Positions 39,143-51,203 of a stretch of DNA of 64,000 nt are shown piece after piece. This stretch comes from Isurus oxyrinchus (lineage: Eukaryota). The notes below the pieces were generated by a model, which was given only the letters and a program-made list of their open reading frames with translations, was not told the origin of the DNA and searched no databases. Location of the stretch: assembly GCA_026770705.1 (NCBI GenBank), contig JANJGN010000034.1, positions 11,532,001 through 11,596,000 on the forward strand, given 5' to 3'. Made by a program: the position numbers and the translations under genes. The number at the start of each line of letters is the position of its first letter. Within the stretch, counting starts at the first letter, position 1.

Positions 39143-40499
39143 TACTAGCATAGGGATTGTTTGGTTCCGTGGAAAAGTGGTTGGAAAAAGCGGTCAGTGA
39201 AACCAATGGCCGAAACATTTGTGACCAACATGAACTCCACGAACTTGTAATTAGCATAAAAATTTCTAAGGCTGTTGTTTTCTGTACAATATGATCCCTA
39301 AAATGTCATCGATCAGTCAAATCTTGCCTTAAGCATTGGTTTGATGAAGGTATAATTGTGAGTTCCTCTTCCATGTCAATATTTGTGAAACTCTGAATGC
39401 TACTCCATTGCACAATGAATTCACCTCTCTGAACTCTTACATTCCAGAATATTTCTGCCAATCTGCTGGGTTCTGTCACATTTCCTCTGTTGGAACAAAG
39501 GATTCATTTATCAATCACACAATGCTGAGTGCAGTGAGACCCAGCAGACTGACTGAGCAGCGTTAATTTTTGATTAAGTTTGCATTTTGTAGTACGAACG
39601 TTTGCAAATTTAAAACAGAAGTGAAAATATATTTTAATAAAAGAACGCCCATGAATATTCAGGCTTTCCTTTCATACCCAACAATTGAATCATTTTGCTT
39701 CATTTTTTGTTTAGTTTCCAGTTACCTCTTTCACTCAGTCGGAAGTTACAACTTCCCTAAAATTAATCCTGTATTTTTCTGAAGTTGCTACGGATGTAGT
39801 TCATGTTTTACTTCCTCGGGAACTTTCACCCAAGCTATTAATCCCTTATGGAGAGCTGACAGTTCCATTTTATCTCAAGCTGCATTAAACATAACAAAAA
39901 TGGTTAAAAAAAACTATTTCACTGCATCATTACCATGCTCCAAAATTTGTCTTGCTCCATTTGCCAATAAATGTGCAGTTCTCCGAAGATCCATTTCATA
40001 CTTAATTACTTCAAAGACTGAATTTGCACAAACGGCAGCTGAAATCCACATGCAAATGAGTTTGCAGTTTATTCTGAACTCATCTCTTTCATGATTTCCC
40101 TATGGTGGGAACACTAAATTCCGAAGCAAATTAGACAGGCTTCTCAAAGCCTGTTTAGAGACCAATGTTCCAGTCCCTCAATTTAAATGTCTCAATAAGT
40201 GCGGGATGGGGCAGGGAGGGTGGGGTGGTTTGAAAACATACTCAGTTTAGGCGCACAGTCATTAGTTGTCATGGTAACAGGGACTTTGAAATAAATAAAT
40301 AGATGTAAATAGGCAGATTAAGTCAGCGACCAAAAGCTATGGCGATGTTGTTCAATCTGGGAAAATGTGAGGCTGTTTCGAGTGCTCAGGGGAAGAAAAT
40401 TAATTTACTTTACAAAGGTCGAGAGACATATGAACAGAAGAAAAGCTATTCAGTCCCACAGACCTGTTTCACCGTTCAATGGGAGCATGGTGCATTTAG

Positions 40500-41002
40500 T
40501 CATAGAGTTTTACAACCAGAAAAAAGGCCTTCAGCCCATGTTGTCCACGCCAGCCATCAAGTTCCTCTATAATCTAATCCCTTTTTCCAACAATCGGCCA
40601 GTAGCCTTATATGCTGTGACGTTTGAAGTAAAAACAAAAAAACTGCGGATGCTGGAAATCCAAAACAAAAACAGAATTACCTGAAAAAACTCAGCTGGTC
40701 TGGCAGCATCGGCGGAGAAGAAAAGAGTTGATGTTTCAAGTCCTCATGACCCTTCGACAGCGTTTTTCCAGGTAATTCTGTTTTTGTGACGTTTGAAGTG
40801 TTCATCTAAATACTTCTGAAATGTAGATAGAGTTCCTCCCTCTACCAGCCCCTCAGGCAGTGAGTTCCAGTTATCCTCCACCCTCTGGTGATTTTTTTTC
40901 CTAAATTCCCTCTAAATCTGCTGCGCCTTACCTTAAAACTATGGCCACTGGTTATTGACCCTTCCACTAAGGACAAAGGTTTATTCCTGTCTCGCCTATC
41001 AG
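40500..41002 (-). mobile_element. CR1 3' end, interrupted
   Basis: Reverse CR1 tail (catagagttttacaaccagaaaaaaggccttcagccc..). Confidence 0.7.
40630..40784 (-). mobile_element. Young Penelope-derived insertion with perfect 15-bp TSD and inverted end
   Basis: tgtgacgtttgaagt at 40615-40629 and 40785-40799; 40762-40784 is a near-exact reverse complement of approx. 40667-40690. Confidence 0.85.
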
Positions 41003-42135
41003 CGTCTAGATAACATGTAACCTTAGGGCACTAGAAGCTCCAGCACGAATGTTGGAAATGAAAGTCAAAAAAGAAATGAACTCTTCTGAAACCAAGTCCA
41101 CGAATACTGGCCAAGGAAATGAAAGGGGTTTCATTTGGAATGAAGAGCATATAAGGAGGGTGTATATTACACTTTCAGTTATGTGATGATTTCCTGCCTT
41201 TCCCCGTTTGTTCAAAGGCCCCCGCCCGTTTAGCTAGATATTCATGGTCCAGTCGCCTTTCCGATCACACACCCTAATCCCCACCGCTTTCCCTTGTTCT
41301 CTCCCACACAGCCTTAACCAAATTGAACGCTGTTCCCTCCCCCATTCCCATCACCAGTGGTCTCCCCAACTCCCATTATCAGTGCCTTCCCCTATTCCCA
41401 CTACCGGAGTCCTCCCCCACTCCCACCACCAGTCCCTCCCACAGTGAGCTCACCATTCCCTCCGACACTCATGTCACATAACCTGTACCGCACTTTAGCC
41501 TTAGATCCACTTCCCCACTCCTCCCAGAATTCCCCCCACAAAACTCGTCCTGCTTGACTACTTTGACCTGTCCTGTCACCAACTCTGGTCACTTTTTTTC
41601 CCATCCCCAGTCCAATTACCTTTCACCTCTCCCACTCTGATCCCTTTAGGATCTCACAAGCCAGAAGCTAATGGGCAATGGCTGCCAACAGGAAAGAAGC
41701 GTGAATTAGAGAGTGGACTGTTGTAGGCTTGCTTGGTGTTTCACCAAGAGGTATGGAGTCATGTGTGGTTGAGCATATACCATTTATTGTTATCACACAA
41801 CTGTATACATATCTGCAGGGTATAGCCCAAGGTATAGCTGTTTTCATGCTGACTACTCCCAGACTCTCTACACACTTTATACTATCATGTGACACTCTAC
41901 ATCACAATCTGGGCAGTATTGTTCTCCAGTCCCATATTAACTCCTGCATGCCCAACTACAGTTATACTAGATTCACTTCGTCAAGGTTCATGTGTGACAG
42001 CAACATTGAGTTCTGGATGGGCGACTATCAGACTCGACAGCCTCCGCGCACTCCACCCGCCTTCCCCATGCGTAAACCGCATTGCTGGTTGTGGCGTCTT
42101 CGCGCAAGCGCAGAGCGAAGGGCCGTTTCACTTGC

Positions 42136-42434
42136 CAGGGAAATGTTACCGCTAGTTTGCGTTCATTTGGGCGCAGTGTAATTTCCACCGTCCCACACTG
42201 TCAAGGGCTTCCATAGGAGTGATCCGTTAGGCAGGAATAACGCTGCATTCAATTGTATTTTTTTAAATTGTGTAGCTGGACGGACCGTTCCACACCAGGA
42301 TTTTTTCTTCCCGAAGTACCACGACCAATCCTTCACACCATCTGAGGGTTTAACTGGAAAAAAAATGCGTTTCCTCCGACAGTCCCATTAATCCGACTGT
42401 TTCCTGTCAGGGACAGTAAAACCCTGGGGCACAG
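42136..42434 (-). pseudogene. Second, adjacent degenerate IgV exon (VPQGFT..NSRINGTVGGNA..VKPSDGVKDWSWYF..LFLPNGSLLWKPLTVWDGGNY)
   Basis: Homologous to the intact V exon; acceptor mutated (cat), donor gcaagt, several frameshifts and stops. Confidence 0.8.
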
Positions 42435-42477
42435 ATGAGGAAAATAAACCCGTAATGAGAAAGGCGGTCACACTCAC

Positions 42478-42741
42478 CACATCGTCGGCTTTTCTGTAAC
42501 CGTCTTGATAGTATAATCTCCACTGTCCGAACCTGTCACTGAATTCAGCAGGAGGGACCCGTAAGGGAGGAATAACTCAGCAGGTTCATAGCGTTCAATA
42601 GTTCTACCAGAGCCTGCATGGAGCCACTTCGCGATGCTTTTGTCCCCGAATTGCCATCTCCCATTCCGCACCATAGCTGACGGCTCCAACCGAAAAAAAC
42701 AACAGCGTTTCCTCCCACGGTCGCATTAATCCAACTGTGTA
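42478..42741 (-). pseudogene. Frameshifted IgV exon (HSWINATVGGNA / EPSAMVRNGRWQFGDKSIAKW...AELFLPYGSLLLNSVTGSDSGDYTIK)
   Basis: V motifs split across ORFs 42545..42784 and 42474..42689; frameshift at the T-run near 42693-42700; acceptor ctcctcag, donor gtgagt. Confidence 0.85.
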
Positions 42742-42900
42742 CTGAGGAGAGAAATCCAAAGTAACAAAAGCGCTCAAACTCCACACAACATACACTTTTC
42801 TAAAGAGATAATAATAACATCCACTGATTTGCCCTGAGAATCTCGTGCTGTCATTCTTCTCCAAACCTTAGAAAGAGTGACATGAGAAAGTGATCCTCAC

Positions 42901-42952
42901 CCACAGGTATCAATAAACAAACAGCTCCCGCGTTAAGTGTCAGTCTCCACAT
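42901..42952 (-). CDS. Third leader exon (MWRLTLNAGAVCLLIPV-G), open
   Basis: 52 nt, ATG and G|gtgagg donor. Confidence 0.78.
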
Positions 42953-42981
42953 CCCGAGAGAAACGCGCAAGTCCCTATTAT

Positions 42982-43065
42982 ACTCGGTGACTGATCCGCT
43001 CTCCCGGTGTACAGGGCACATCAGTTTAATCGTTTACTGAACCAGCAATGCTGATTGGACCGTGC
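42982..43065 (-). promoter_or_regulatory. Promoter block of cassette 3 (CCAATCAG at 43051-43058; ETS core mutated)
   Basis: Paralog of the other two blocks. Confidence 0.5.
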
Positions 43066-43701
43066 CTTGTTCATCTGTGCTGAAACTCATTCACAATGCT
43101 GAACATTTATATGTTGCGCATGGTTGACAACCGAAAAGAAATGCATTTCTGATGGGCCGAGTGCTGGGCCCTTGCCTGGAAACTCATTCTATGGAGAGGG
43201 AGCTGCTATAATCCAGTAATATATTCAAAATATTGATGCGCGTGGTGTTTTGTTTTAGTGCACAGCCGCTATTTTTGTTTTTGCAGAGTAACATTGGAGA
43301 GTGGGTGCAGATACGATGGAGCGAATGTCCTCCTTCTGTACCGTTAAAACTCCGTGATTCAGTGACTGAGATATTCATCTAAGAACAGAAAGTAACTACC
43401 TTCCCGACTAATGCACCAAGGAAACTCCATGAGCTGCTTATATCCTCTGAGATTACTGCGTTCCTCCAATTCCCGTCTCGGGTACATCCCAGATTTTAAG
43501 CACTCTACAATGGTGAACCTGCTGTTCAGTTCCCTTAGTCCTAAACTCTGGGATTCCGATCCAGAACATTTCCACCTCTCTACCTCTGTGTGCTCAAGAC
43601 CCTCCCTAAACCTTCCCCTTTGACCAATGTTTTAGACAACTGTCCTAAAGTCTTCTGCTTTTGCCCGGGATCAAAATTGATTACGTAACAGGACTATGAA
43701 C

Positions 43702-44548
43702 TGTTACGACCAGAGCCGATGTTATTTACTGAGCAAACTAGAGAGAAACTTGTCTTACTGATAATAAACTTTTTAATGAGGGAAAAGACTGCTGATCCCA
43801 GAAGCATAGAATTCCAGTAAGGCTTCTATTATTTAAAAAATTTTAAAATTATTAACAACAAGCAAAAAACCTTAAGCACACAATATTAAAGTTGCAGAGT
43901 TAAAAGTTTTACAAAACATCCCTCTTCCCAAGACCCCGCAAAGCACCCGCTTCATCAGAACACTCAAGTGAACTACTTGGCAAAAGCTCCCATTTGACTT
44001 AAACTATTAAAATCCTGTGCTATTACCCAATCCAAAAACTACTGCCACGTTGGTAAAGGGACACGACATGACTTCTCATTCTCTTCCATTCATGGGAAAT
44101 CCAAGAAAGTTCAGGAAACAACCTGTTGTCTGAGATAAAGATTTTTTTGATCCCACTGGCTGACTGTTTCAGGTTTCACAGCTTTTCTCAACAGAGTTGG
44201 TCTCAGGGCTTAAACTGAACACACCCTTCCCCATACACATAGCCACGACTACTCATCAAAACATGTTTCCTTAAATATCTTTTTTTTAACCTTTCATCTT
44301 AGCTTCCGTTGTTCTCAAACGCCTCTTTGAACTCATTTTTTCCAACTATGAAAATCTTTCATGGTTTCCTGTTGCCTCTACTTTCGTTTCAAATATAATT
44401 GAGTAGTGTACCCTTGTAAGCTTATGAAATCTTTGTAGACTGTTAAAGCCCCTTGTGTCTTCTTTGAAATCCAACAGCTGATATGTCAAGATGCGACGTA
44501 TCTCATAATGGAAATTGTAAATCCACTTCACCGGTGCCTCACATTACA
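43702..44548. mobile_element. Probable solo LTR (TGTTAC...ATTACA)
   Basis: Interrupts the LINE tail; absent from the paralogous site near 28.7 kb; TSD not clear. Confidence 0.45.
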
Positions 44549-44625
44549 AATGCATGTGTCGAGAACAATTGCCTTTTTATCTCTCAACGCCCAAGTAAAA
44601 TTGCCTATATGAACAACTTAATTAA

Positions 44626-44829
44626 NNNNNNNNNNNNNNNNNNNNNNNNNNNNNNNNNNNNNNNNNNNNNNNNNNNNNNNNNNNNNNNNNNNNNNNNNNN
44701 NNNNNNNNNNNNNNNNNNNNNNNNNNNNNNNNNNNNNNNNNNNNNNNNNNNNNNNNNNNNNNNNNNNNNNNNNNNNNNNNNNNNNNNNNNNNNNNNNNNN
44801 NNNNNNNNNNNNNNNNNNNNNNNNNNNNN
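44626..44829. other. Assembly gap (N run)
   Basis: Run of n. Confidence 1.
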
Positions 44830-47800
44830 ACAGGATATCATCATATTCCCTAACAATTAAAAACAATCACGGTCATCAACCTACCTCCCTCAAGGTAAAA
44901 AACTGAAACGTTTATTTCAAAAAGACGTTTTCATTTGCTCAACTCACTTCGTATTACTTCCTATTCAAATCTACACAAAAAATACTGTTACACTAGGGTG
45001 CTCATGCATCAACCATGAATAAATAAACAATTGTTTTGTACGAATAAAGTTCATTCCAATCCATTGACAATTTACCAACATCCAAGCATTTTTCAATGTT
45101 AGCTCTTCGCAATGCATCTGCAATTAGATTCACTCGCCCAACCACATGCATCATTTTTAAATTGAACATTTCCAATAACAAATTCCACCAGAACAGTCTG
45201 GTGTCTTGGTCTCGAAACTCTTTCAGAAACTACAACGGATTATGGTTAGCATATAAAAATGTCTCTGAAGTATTGTTTGCACATACGCATTAAAATGTTA
45301 CAAAGCTAAAATCAAACTTAAAGTCTCCTTTTCTAGAGCTGAGTGTTTCTTCTGATGCATATTCAAATGTGAGACATGTCCTGCTGGTTTCCCAAGTCCC
45401 AGTTCATTTTCCTCTAATAACATAGCGCCAACATCCACATTTCTACACCGCACATTTACCAGGATGATACCATGGATTAAATGGTTGAGTTATGGAGATA
45501 ATGTGATCTTCTGTTTCATGAGTATTGGAAGCTGGTGGAAGATCTGAATGAGAAGTTTAATATGTTCAGCGGACCTGGTTGATAGATACTTACAAAAATT
45601 GCCTCTGCACGAAGAATCTAGGTTACCAAGACATAGTCTAAATTTTGAAGTTGCTTCGAGGGGAATGAGCTTTGTTCAGATGTTGCTCATCGCTAGTTCA
45701 CAGGAAGTTGTTAACGGTCTTCTAATTAAAGCACTGAGTTGAACAACAGAGCAGAGGTGTGGCTGGAGGCTATAGTGTTTCACCATCATAGGCTGCAGGA
45801 GGCTTAGAGGAAAAGGCTCAGTGATCAAAGTAACAAAGAGTGACGTCTGGGAATGATTACGACAATGGTATTGCTCTGTCAGATAGGAAAACTGGCTTCC
45901 AGAAAGAGAGACATGGATGGATGATGCGAAAATGAATGGTGCTTATCATTACTTTCCAGAGTGATCCGAGAGTAATTCGGCAGCTTGGGTGCGGAAATGT
46001 GATGCTTGATATATCCCACTGAGATTTGGTTAAGTATAGCTCAACCAGTTGTGTGCAGAAACAATAATGGCAATTCCCTGATGAAATAGAGATAGGTGTC
46101 ATTGCAAGGGGGACAACCCGAATGGGAAACAGCAAAGTTATTCTTGGGAACAGATTAAAGCTGGGGATAAGTTATTGGTTGAATATATTGCCAACTGCAG
46201 ATGTTTCACGATGAATTGAAAGGAAGAGATGAGCCAGCTGACACTTTGAAAGCGGCTTCGTCAATGAAAAGCAGACAGATTCATTTTTGCTTCCAGAGGA
46301 AATCAATAAGGGAAGTGGGAAGCAATTTGTAAGAGTGTGATGAAGACAATAGACGTCGGGAATCCAGTTCATAAGTGGCATTGTGTATCAGTAGCAGGCA
46401 TTATGTGAAGGGAGGGGTTTACTGATCTCAGAATGGGACTGACATCAGAGGAGGGAAGGCAAGCTGAGCTTAGATGCAGACTGACATCGCAAACGTAAGC
46501 AATCACTCAATAGAGATTGGGAAACAATATTTAATGGTACATCATGCTGCAGAAGTTTAAAAATATAAATAAAGGAGACTGAGAGATGTCTACTGTAACA
46601 GCACATTCATAAATTTGTTCTCCTCCTGCTGTAGCGAGTTGTGAGCCAACAATGACCTGGAAGTCAGCAAGAGGTTTACCGTCTGTGGAAGCAAAATGGA
46701 AATAATTTTGATTGTAAGCATGTATTAACAATATTTTGTGAAATGCCTTACTTTCGGGAAATAGCATCACTTCATTGCTTTTTTGTAGCAGCATTCTAAG
46801 CTGCTGCAAGGGTGAAGTGTATTGATGATGTAAAATATTATATAACCCACCAGTATCCAGTGGAACACAAGATATGATGTGTACGCATAAAATAAAATTT
46901 CTTGAATGCTGGAAACTGGAAACAATTGGATTTGTTTCTTGAGCAATGCACATTTGGAGTTCATACCTGATCGAGGATCATTCAATGTTATTTTAAACCA
47001 TGTGTATGAAAATTGTTCTCCAATGATGTTGCTCAGGTGCGGATTGGTTGGCATAGCAATAGAGTCTAGAGCAGCGCAAGACAGAAACTGGTTTGCACAA
47101 ACACAGGTACAGTTTACACCATGGGTTGTAGGTTGATCAGGAGAATAAAAACATTGAATTTCATACTCTCCCCATCCGCAATGTTAGATACATGGTAGAG
47201 CCTCTGTCATGCCAGTAACAACATGTCATATTTCCAAACTTCCGAATATGATATTTACTCAGTGTGGAATCGTTTGGAACTGCACTTTCTTTCCAAGATG
47301 GTCAATATGTGTTGCAAAAGTTGGCCACCAAAGCTCATCAGGCCTGATAAGTGGATTCAGAAACTGCCACATTATCTCGTGAGGACAAAACGATAAAGTC
47401 CAGACTAGAAGATTTCACCCACCTACACCCCAAGACCATCAAAAGGACATTTTGAATTAAATTTGCCATTCTGAAATAAAGTCAGCGATGGCCTCAACCC
47501 TTCTCATGATGAATGTCTTCCGACAAGAAACCAGGTTATGGGTAATTAAACCAACACCATATTTGGAAAGAGGAACTGAGAGAATCAAATGCTGGGTAGA
47601 CATGTCTACTCCGGCTTCATCTTTAAGTATTGTGTGCTGAGCCACAGGATCAGCAGAAAGGGCAGGGCGTTAAGAACTGGAGACTGTAAAACTATAAGGT
47701 CTTCAAGCCTGTTCCTTTTCAGGACCACCAACACTGAAAACTGATGTTCTGGTAAAGACACTAGAGACAACTACCTACGTGCCCTGAAAAAAGTCAATCT

Positions 47801-48083
47801 CTGCAATAGAATCCTGATAACCAAATCAGCACGTGACTCCGGCTGTTGAACTTAGTTTCAGAGCCTGAGGAGAACATACTTCATCTGATGTTTTAAAAAG
47901 TACATTGTTCATCGTCATGACCACGGATCATGGATCCGGATTACTTACGACACGTTGAACTTTTCAGTAAGACTTGAATTTCTTTAATGGGCGCACAAAC
48001 ATAAATTGGCTAGTACTGTAATGCCACCATTTGCCAGAAAATTACGATGTGGATTATAGTTGTCCGAATACGCAAGAGAGCAG

Positions 48084-48226
48084 GCTTGACCTAAATAGTT
48101 AAGTGGTTATGGTACTGGGTTTGTAACCCCAAGATCAAGAGTTCAAATCTCCCAATGGCAAACTGTGAAACAGTGTAACTTCATCTGAATAGGAACAGAT
48201 GGAAACGTGTTTGTACTCGAAAGAGT
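48084..48226 (+). mobile_element. tRNA-Thr(TGT)-derived SINE specific to unit B
   Basis: atagttaagtggttatggtactgggtttgtaaccccaagatcaagagttcaaatc resembles tRNA-Thr(TGT); degenerate 15-bp TSD (12/15) at 48069-48083 and 48227-48241; empty site near 2855 in unit A. Confidence 0.8.
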
Positions 48227-49421
48227 TACTCCAGAGAACAGAATATTGCACCTAATCAGGGTTTCCCACAATAGGGCAGTCATGTGAATCATGAATTAGT
48301 CATTTTCTTTATAACTTTTGGAAGCGCACTAGCCGCTTCAATTGCACATTCTTTGAGTGCATTTTTGTATGTAAATGTGTGAGTGAAGGCTGTAATGTTA
48401 GATTGAGCATGCAAATAAACAATTATCTTTATTTAAACGCACTATCAGGTGGCTGCCGGTTATTCAAATTGTCCACACTTTCAAGAGATAATAAGCACGT
48501 GTCTTTCCTTCAAAATTTTACTGATTACAGACAACTGGGAAGGGAACAGGAATTTCCCTGATTCTCTCCGTCACCCTGTCCGTAGCAGCCCCCGCCCATA
48601 TCCCAGCACCTCATGTGATACTTGCCAAGGCGTGGGACAAATTGAAGCTAACTTCACCCAGATCTTTGGTGTTCATTACGTGGCATTGGCTTATCATTGG
48701 AATCAAGAGTGAGCACGAATTCGGAGCATTACTACTGTTACCTTAAATCAGCTTTATCAGTTTGTGCTGTGTTTGCATTCTGCAGGAGACTCTTATGTTT
48801 TTGGCCCAAAACAACATCATTTTGCATAACGAGCCAAAGATGAAGACTCAGTTCACAATATAATCAAATTAAGGATGTCATTCTCAACCGCATACCCCAA
48901 GTTCAACATCCTCAGTGGCAAATGTTTAAACTGGACTCACGAGATAAGGTCATTTGTGAGCCAGCAGAGAAAACAATGCCTTAATATTATTTTTTTTGTT
49001 GTTGTAAAGCCTGACTAGTTCAGTAATGCCCTTTCTGGCAAATAGCATTTCATCCCAATCACTCTATATCAGCCTACAAGTTTTGGCTAACACTTAATAC
49101 TATGAGGAGATCACACTTGAACACTGCCTTGCCATGTGATAGCCCTGTCTTGTGAAGAAATGAGGAGACCTGACGCTGTGGATAGTGAAACGATGGCTCC
49201 TCCTTGTGGGAGAAAGTGGATCAATGGGACACAGTTTTAAAATAAGGGTCATAATCAGTGCAGCCACGATCTTATTAAATAGTGGAGGAGATTTGAAGGG
49301 GCCGAATTGCATACTCCTGCTCCTGATTCGTATAAATGTTTATTCTTAAATGGATAATTGTACACTCCATTTGCTTTTTTAAAAGATGGCAGATGACGTG
49401 TGAAATTTTCTTTCAACATAC

Positions 49422-49465
49422 CTCATCAATTCATTGTAAACTGACCGATCCTGCACTTGTAATCC
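49422..49465 (-). CDS. Cytoplasmic exon 4, copy B (GLQVQDRSVYNELM-R)
   Basis: 44 nt, splice sites intact; ITAM tyrosines and leucines kept. Confidence 0.82.
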
Positions 49466-49596
49466 CTGTTAAAATTAATAAGGTATTTGTTTTTTTAGTG
49501 AACAACAATAGAGTGTGTTAAAAAAACAAATGAGATGAAATATAGGATGAATAGTCAGTGAATGAGTTAAAAGAATGCACAGAATAATATCCTGAC

Positions 49597-49638
49597 CATA
49601 TAAGTAGATTCTTCCTCAAGTGGTTTTGTAGCTTGCTC
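49597..49638 (-). CDS. Cytoplasmic exon 3, copy B (EQATKPLEEESTYM)
   Basis: 42 nt, splice sites intact. Confidence 0.8.
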
Positions 49639-50104
49639 CTGTAAAAATGCAATTTGAAAAACAAAATATAAGCAGGTACACAAGAAATCCATGTAATTAC
49701 TTCATAATTTAGAACGATTAGAATGGCATATATCCCACAATAAAAGTTATACAAATTTACCTGAAATAACTAGCCTCAAATTAAATTTCAGGGGTGAATG
49801 TTCATTACTAACACGCAGTGAAAGAAGAGCAACCACGCACAGAATATTCATTTCACTCAGCACTCAGTTATCATTGTTGTGGTAAAATTGAAAATTGACG
49901 CCAATATTCCATGCTGCAACAGGAGCATTGCTTAGATAGAATTTTTTTTAAAAAGGAACCGGTCCACTAACAGAGTAAGGCAAAGAAGACCAAAACCCCT
50001 ACCCTAGTCTGACTTATTGCCGAATCCAGTTTACTCCGACTGCATGATTATCCTCACTGAAAGAATTCGCCAATGTGACCATGTGTTAATACAATTGTAC
50101 CAAC

Positions 50105-50169
50105 CTTTTGCTTTCTTGGAATATTTTCGTAGGCCGATGCTGAATTCTCCCCTCTTGCCGCGGGGCTGC
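50105..50169 (-). CDS. Cytoplasmic exon 2, copy B (GSPAARGENSASAYENIPRKQK)
   Basis: 65 nt, splice sites intact. Confidence 0.75.
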
Positions 50170-51138
50170 CTGTGAGAATGCAAAACAGTTAATCACATCT
50201 CCACATATAATCGCAGAATCATTCAATGACAGAGCACAATTGGAGGTCACTTAGCCCACCATGCCAGTATCAGCTCTTTGAAGGTGCAATACGATTAATC
50301 CCATTCCCCAGCCATTTTTGCACACCCTTGTAAGTAAATTTCCTTAAAGTACATATTCAATGTTCTTGTCAAACTGATATTCAACATGATTCCACCAGAT
50401 GTTCATGTTATGCATCCGATCATAGCTATTCGCTGCCTAAAAATAAATTTCCGCATCTCGCAATTGTCTTTTTTGGGAATTAGATTGCATTTTTACTAAC
50501 TATTTACTGATCCACCTATGGTTGGTTACAGTTTCTCATAATTTCCTCTATCACGATATTTCGCGATTTTGAACACCTCTGTAAAATCTCCCATTAGCCT
50601 CCCTGCTTTAACGAGAATAAGCCGAAATACTCCCGTTCCTCTACGGAACTAAAGTCCTACTTCTCTGGTGCTATTTCTGTAAATCTTCAGTACACACTCC
50701 TCAAAAGAGTAACATTAGTCCTGAATCATTGAACCATGTACATGCCAATACAGTGAGAACGGTTGCTTCATGTTCTGAGGCATTGCAGCTTTTGTTTCTT
50801 AGTTTTCTCTTTCTGGTTTCCGGTTCGACTCCCTTCGTGCTAATTTAATGATTACTTGAGTTGTTAGGTCAATTTTATGAACTAAGGGTACACTTGGAAC
50901 AGCCGTAATCAAGGAGTGAAAATTGGTGGGAATCTAGTTCTACATTTTTCAATATAACTCAGGGGAGATATAAAATCGGCCGCTGGTTCGCCATCATCTA
51001 TGCTACCTTCAGAAAGATAGGCGAAACTGTGCTTGGTATTTCATCATGTGGGTGTTCCCGAAGCTGACAGATTCACACTTTGAGTACCCAAGTAGCAGAA
51101 AACACAATAGTTAGTTCCAGGCAAAACCTTTGTCTCAA

Positions 51139-51203
51139 CATCAGCTCTGTATGTGTACACAAATCTATTCGGTTTTGAACTTTCACGAGGAATGTACAAG
51201 TCA
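51139..51203 (-). CDS. Cytoplasmic exon 1, copy B (DLYIPRESSKPNRFVYTYRAD); donor mutated
   Basis: Acceptor ttttgcag intact; donor is ttgaga instead of gtgaga. Confidence 0.55.

Noticed and set aside
27236-43065. RAG-rearranging V segments (Ig/TCR/IgNAR)
   Set aside because: The V exons lack the canonical cysteines and end in splice donors; I saw no heptamer-nonamer RSS.
44483-44866. ORFs spanning X runs
   Set aside because: Artefacts of the assembly gap.
48084-48160. Functional tRNA-Thr gene
   Set aside because: Acceptor and anticodon stems pair poorly; it has a non-tRNA tail, a TSD and an empty paralogous site.
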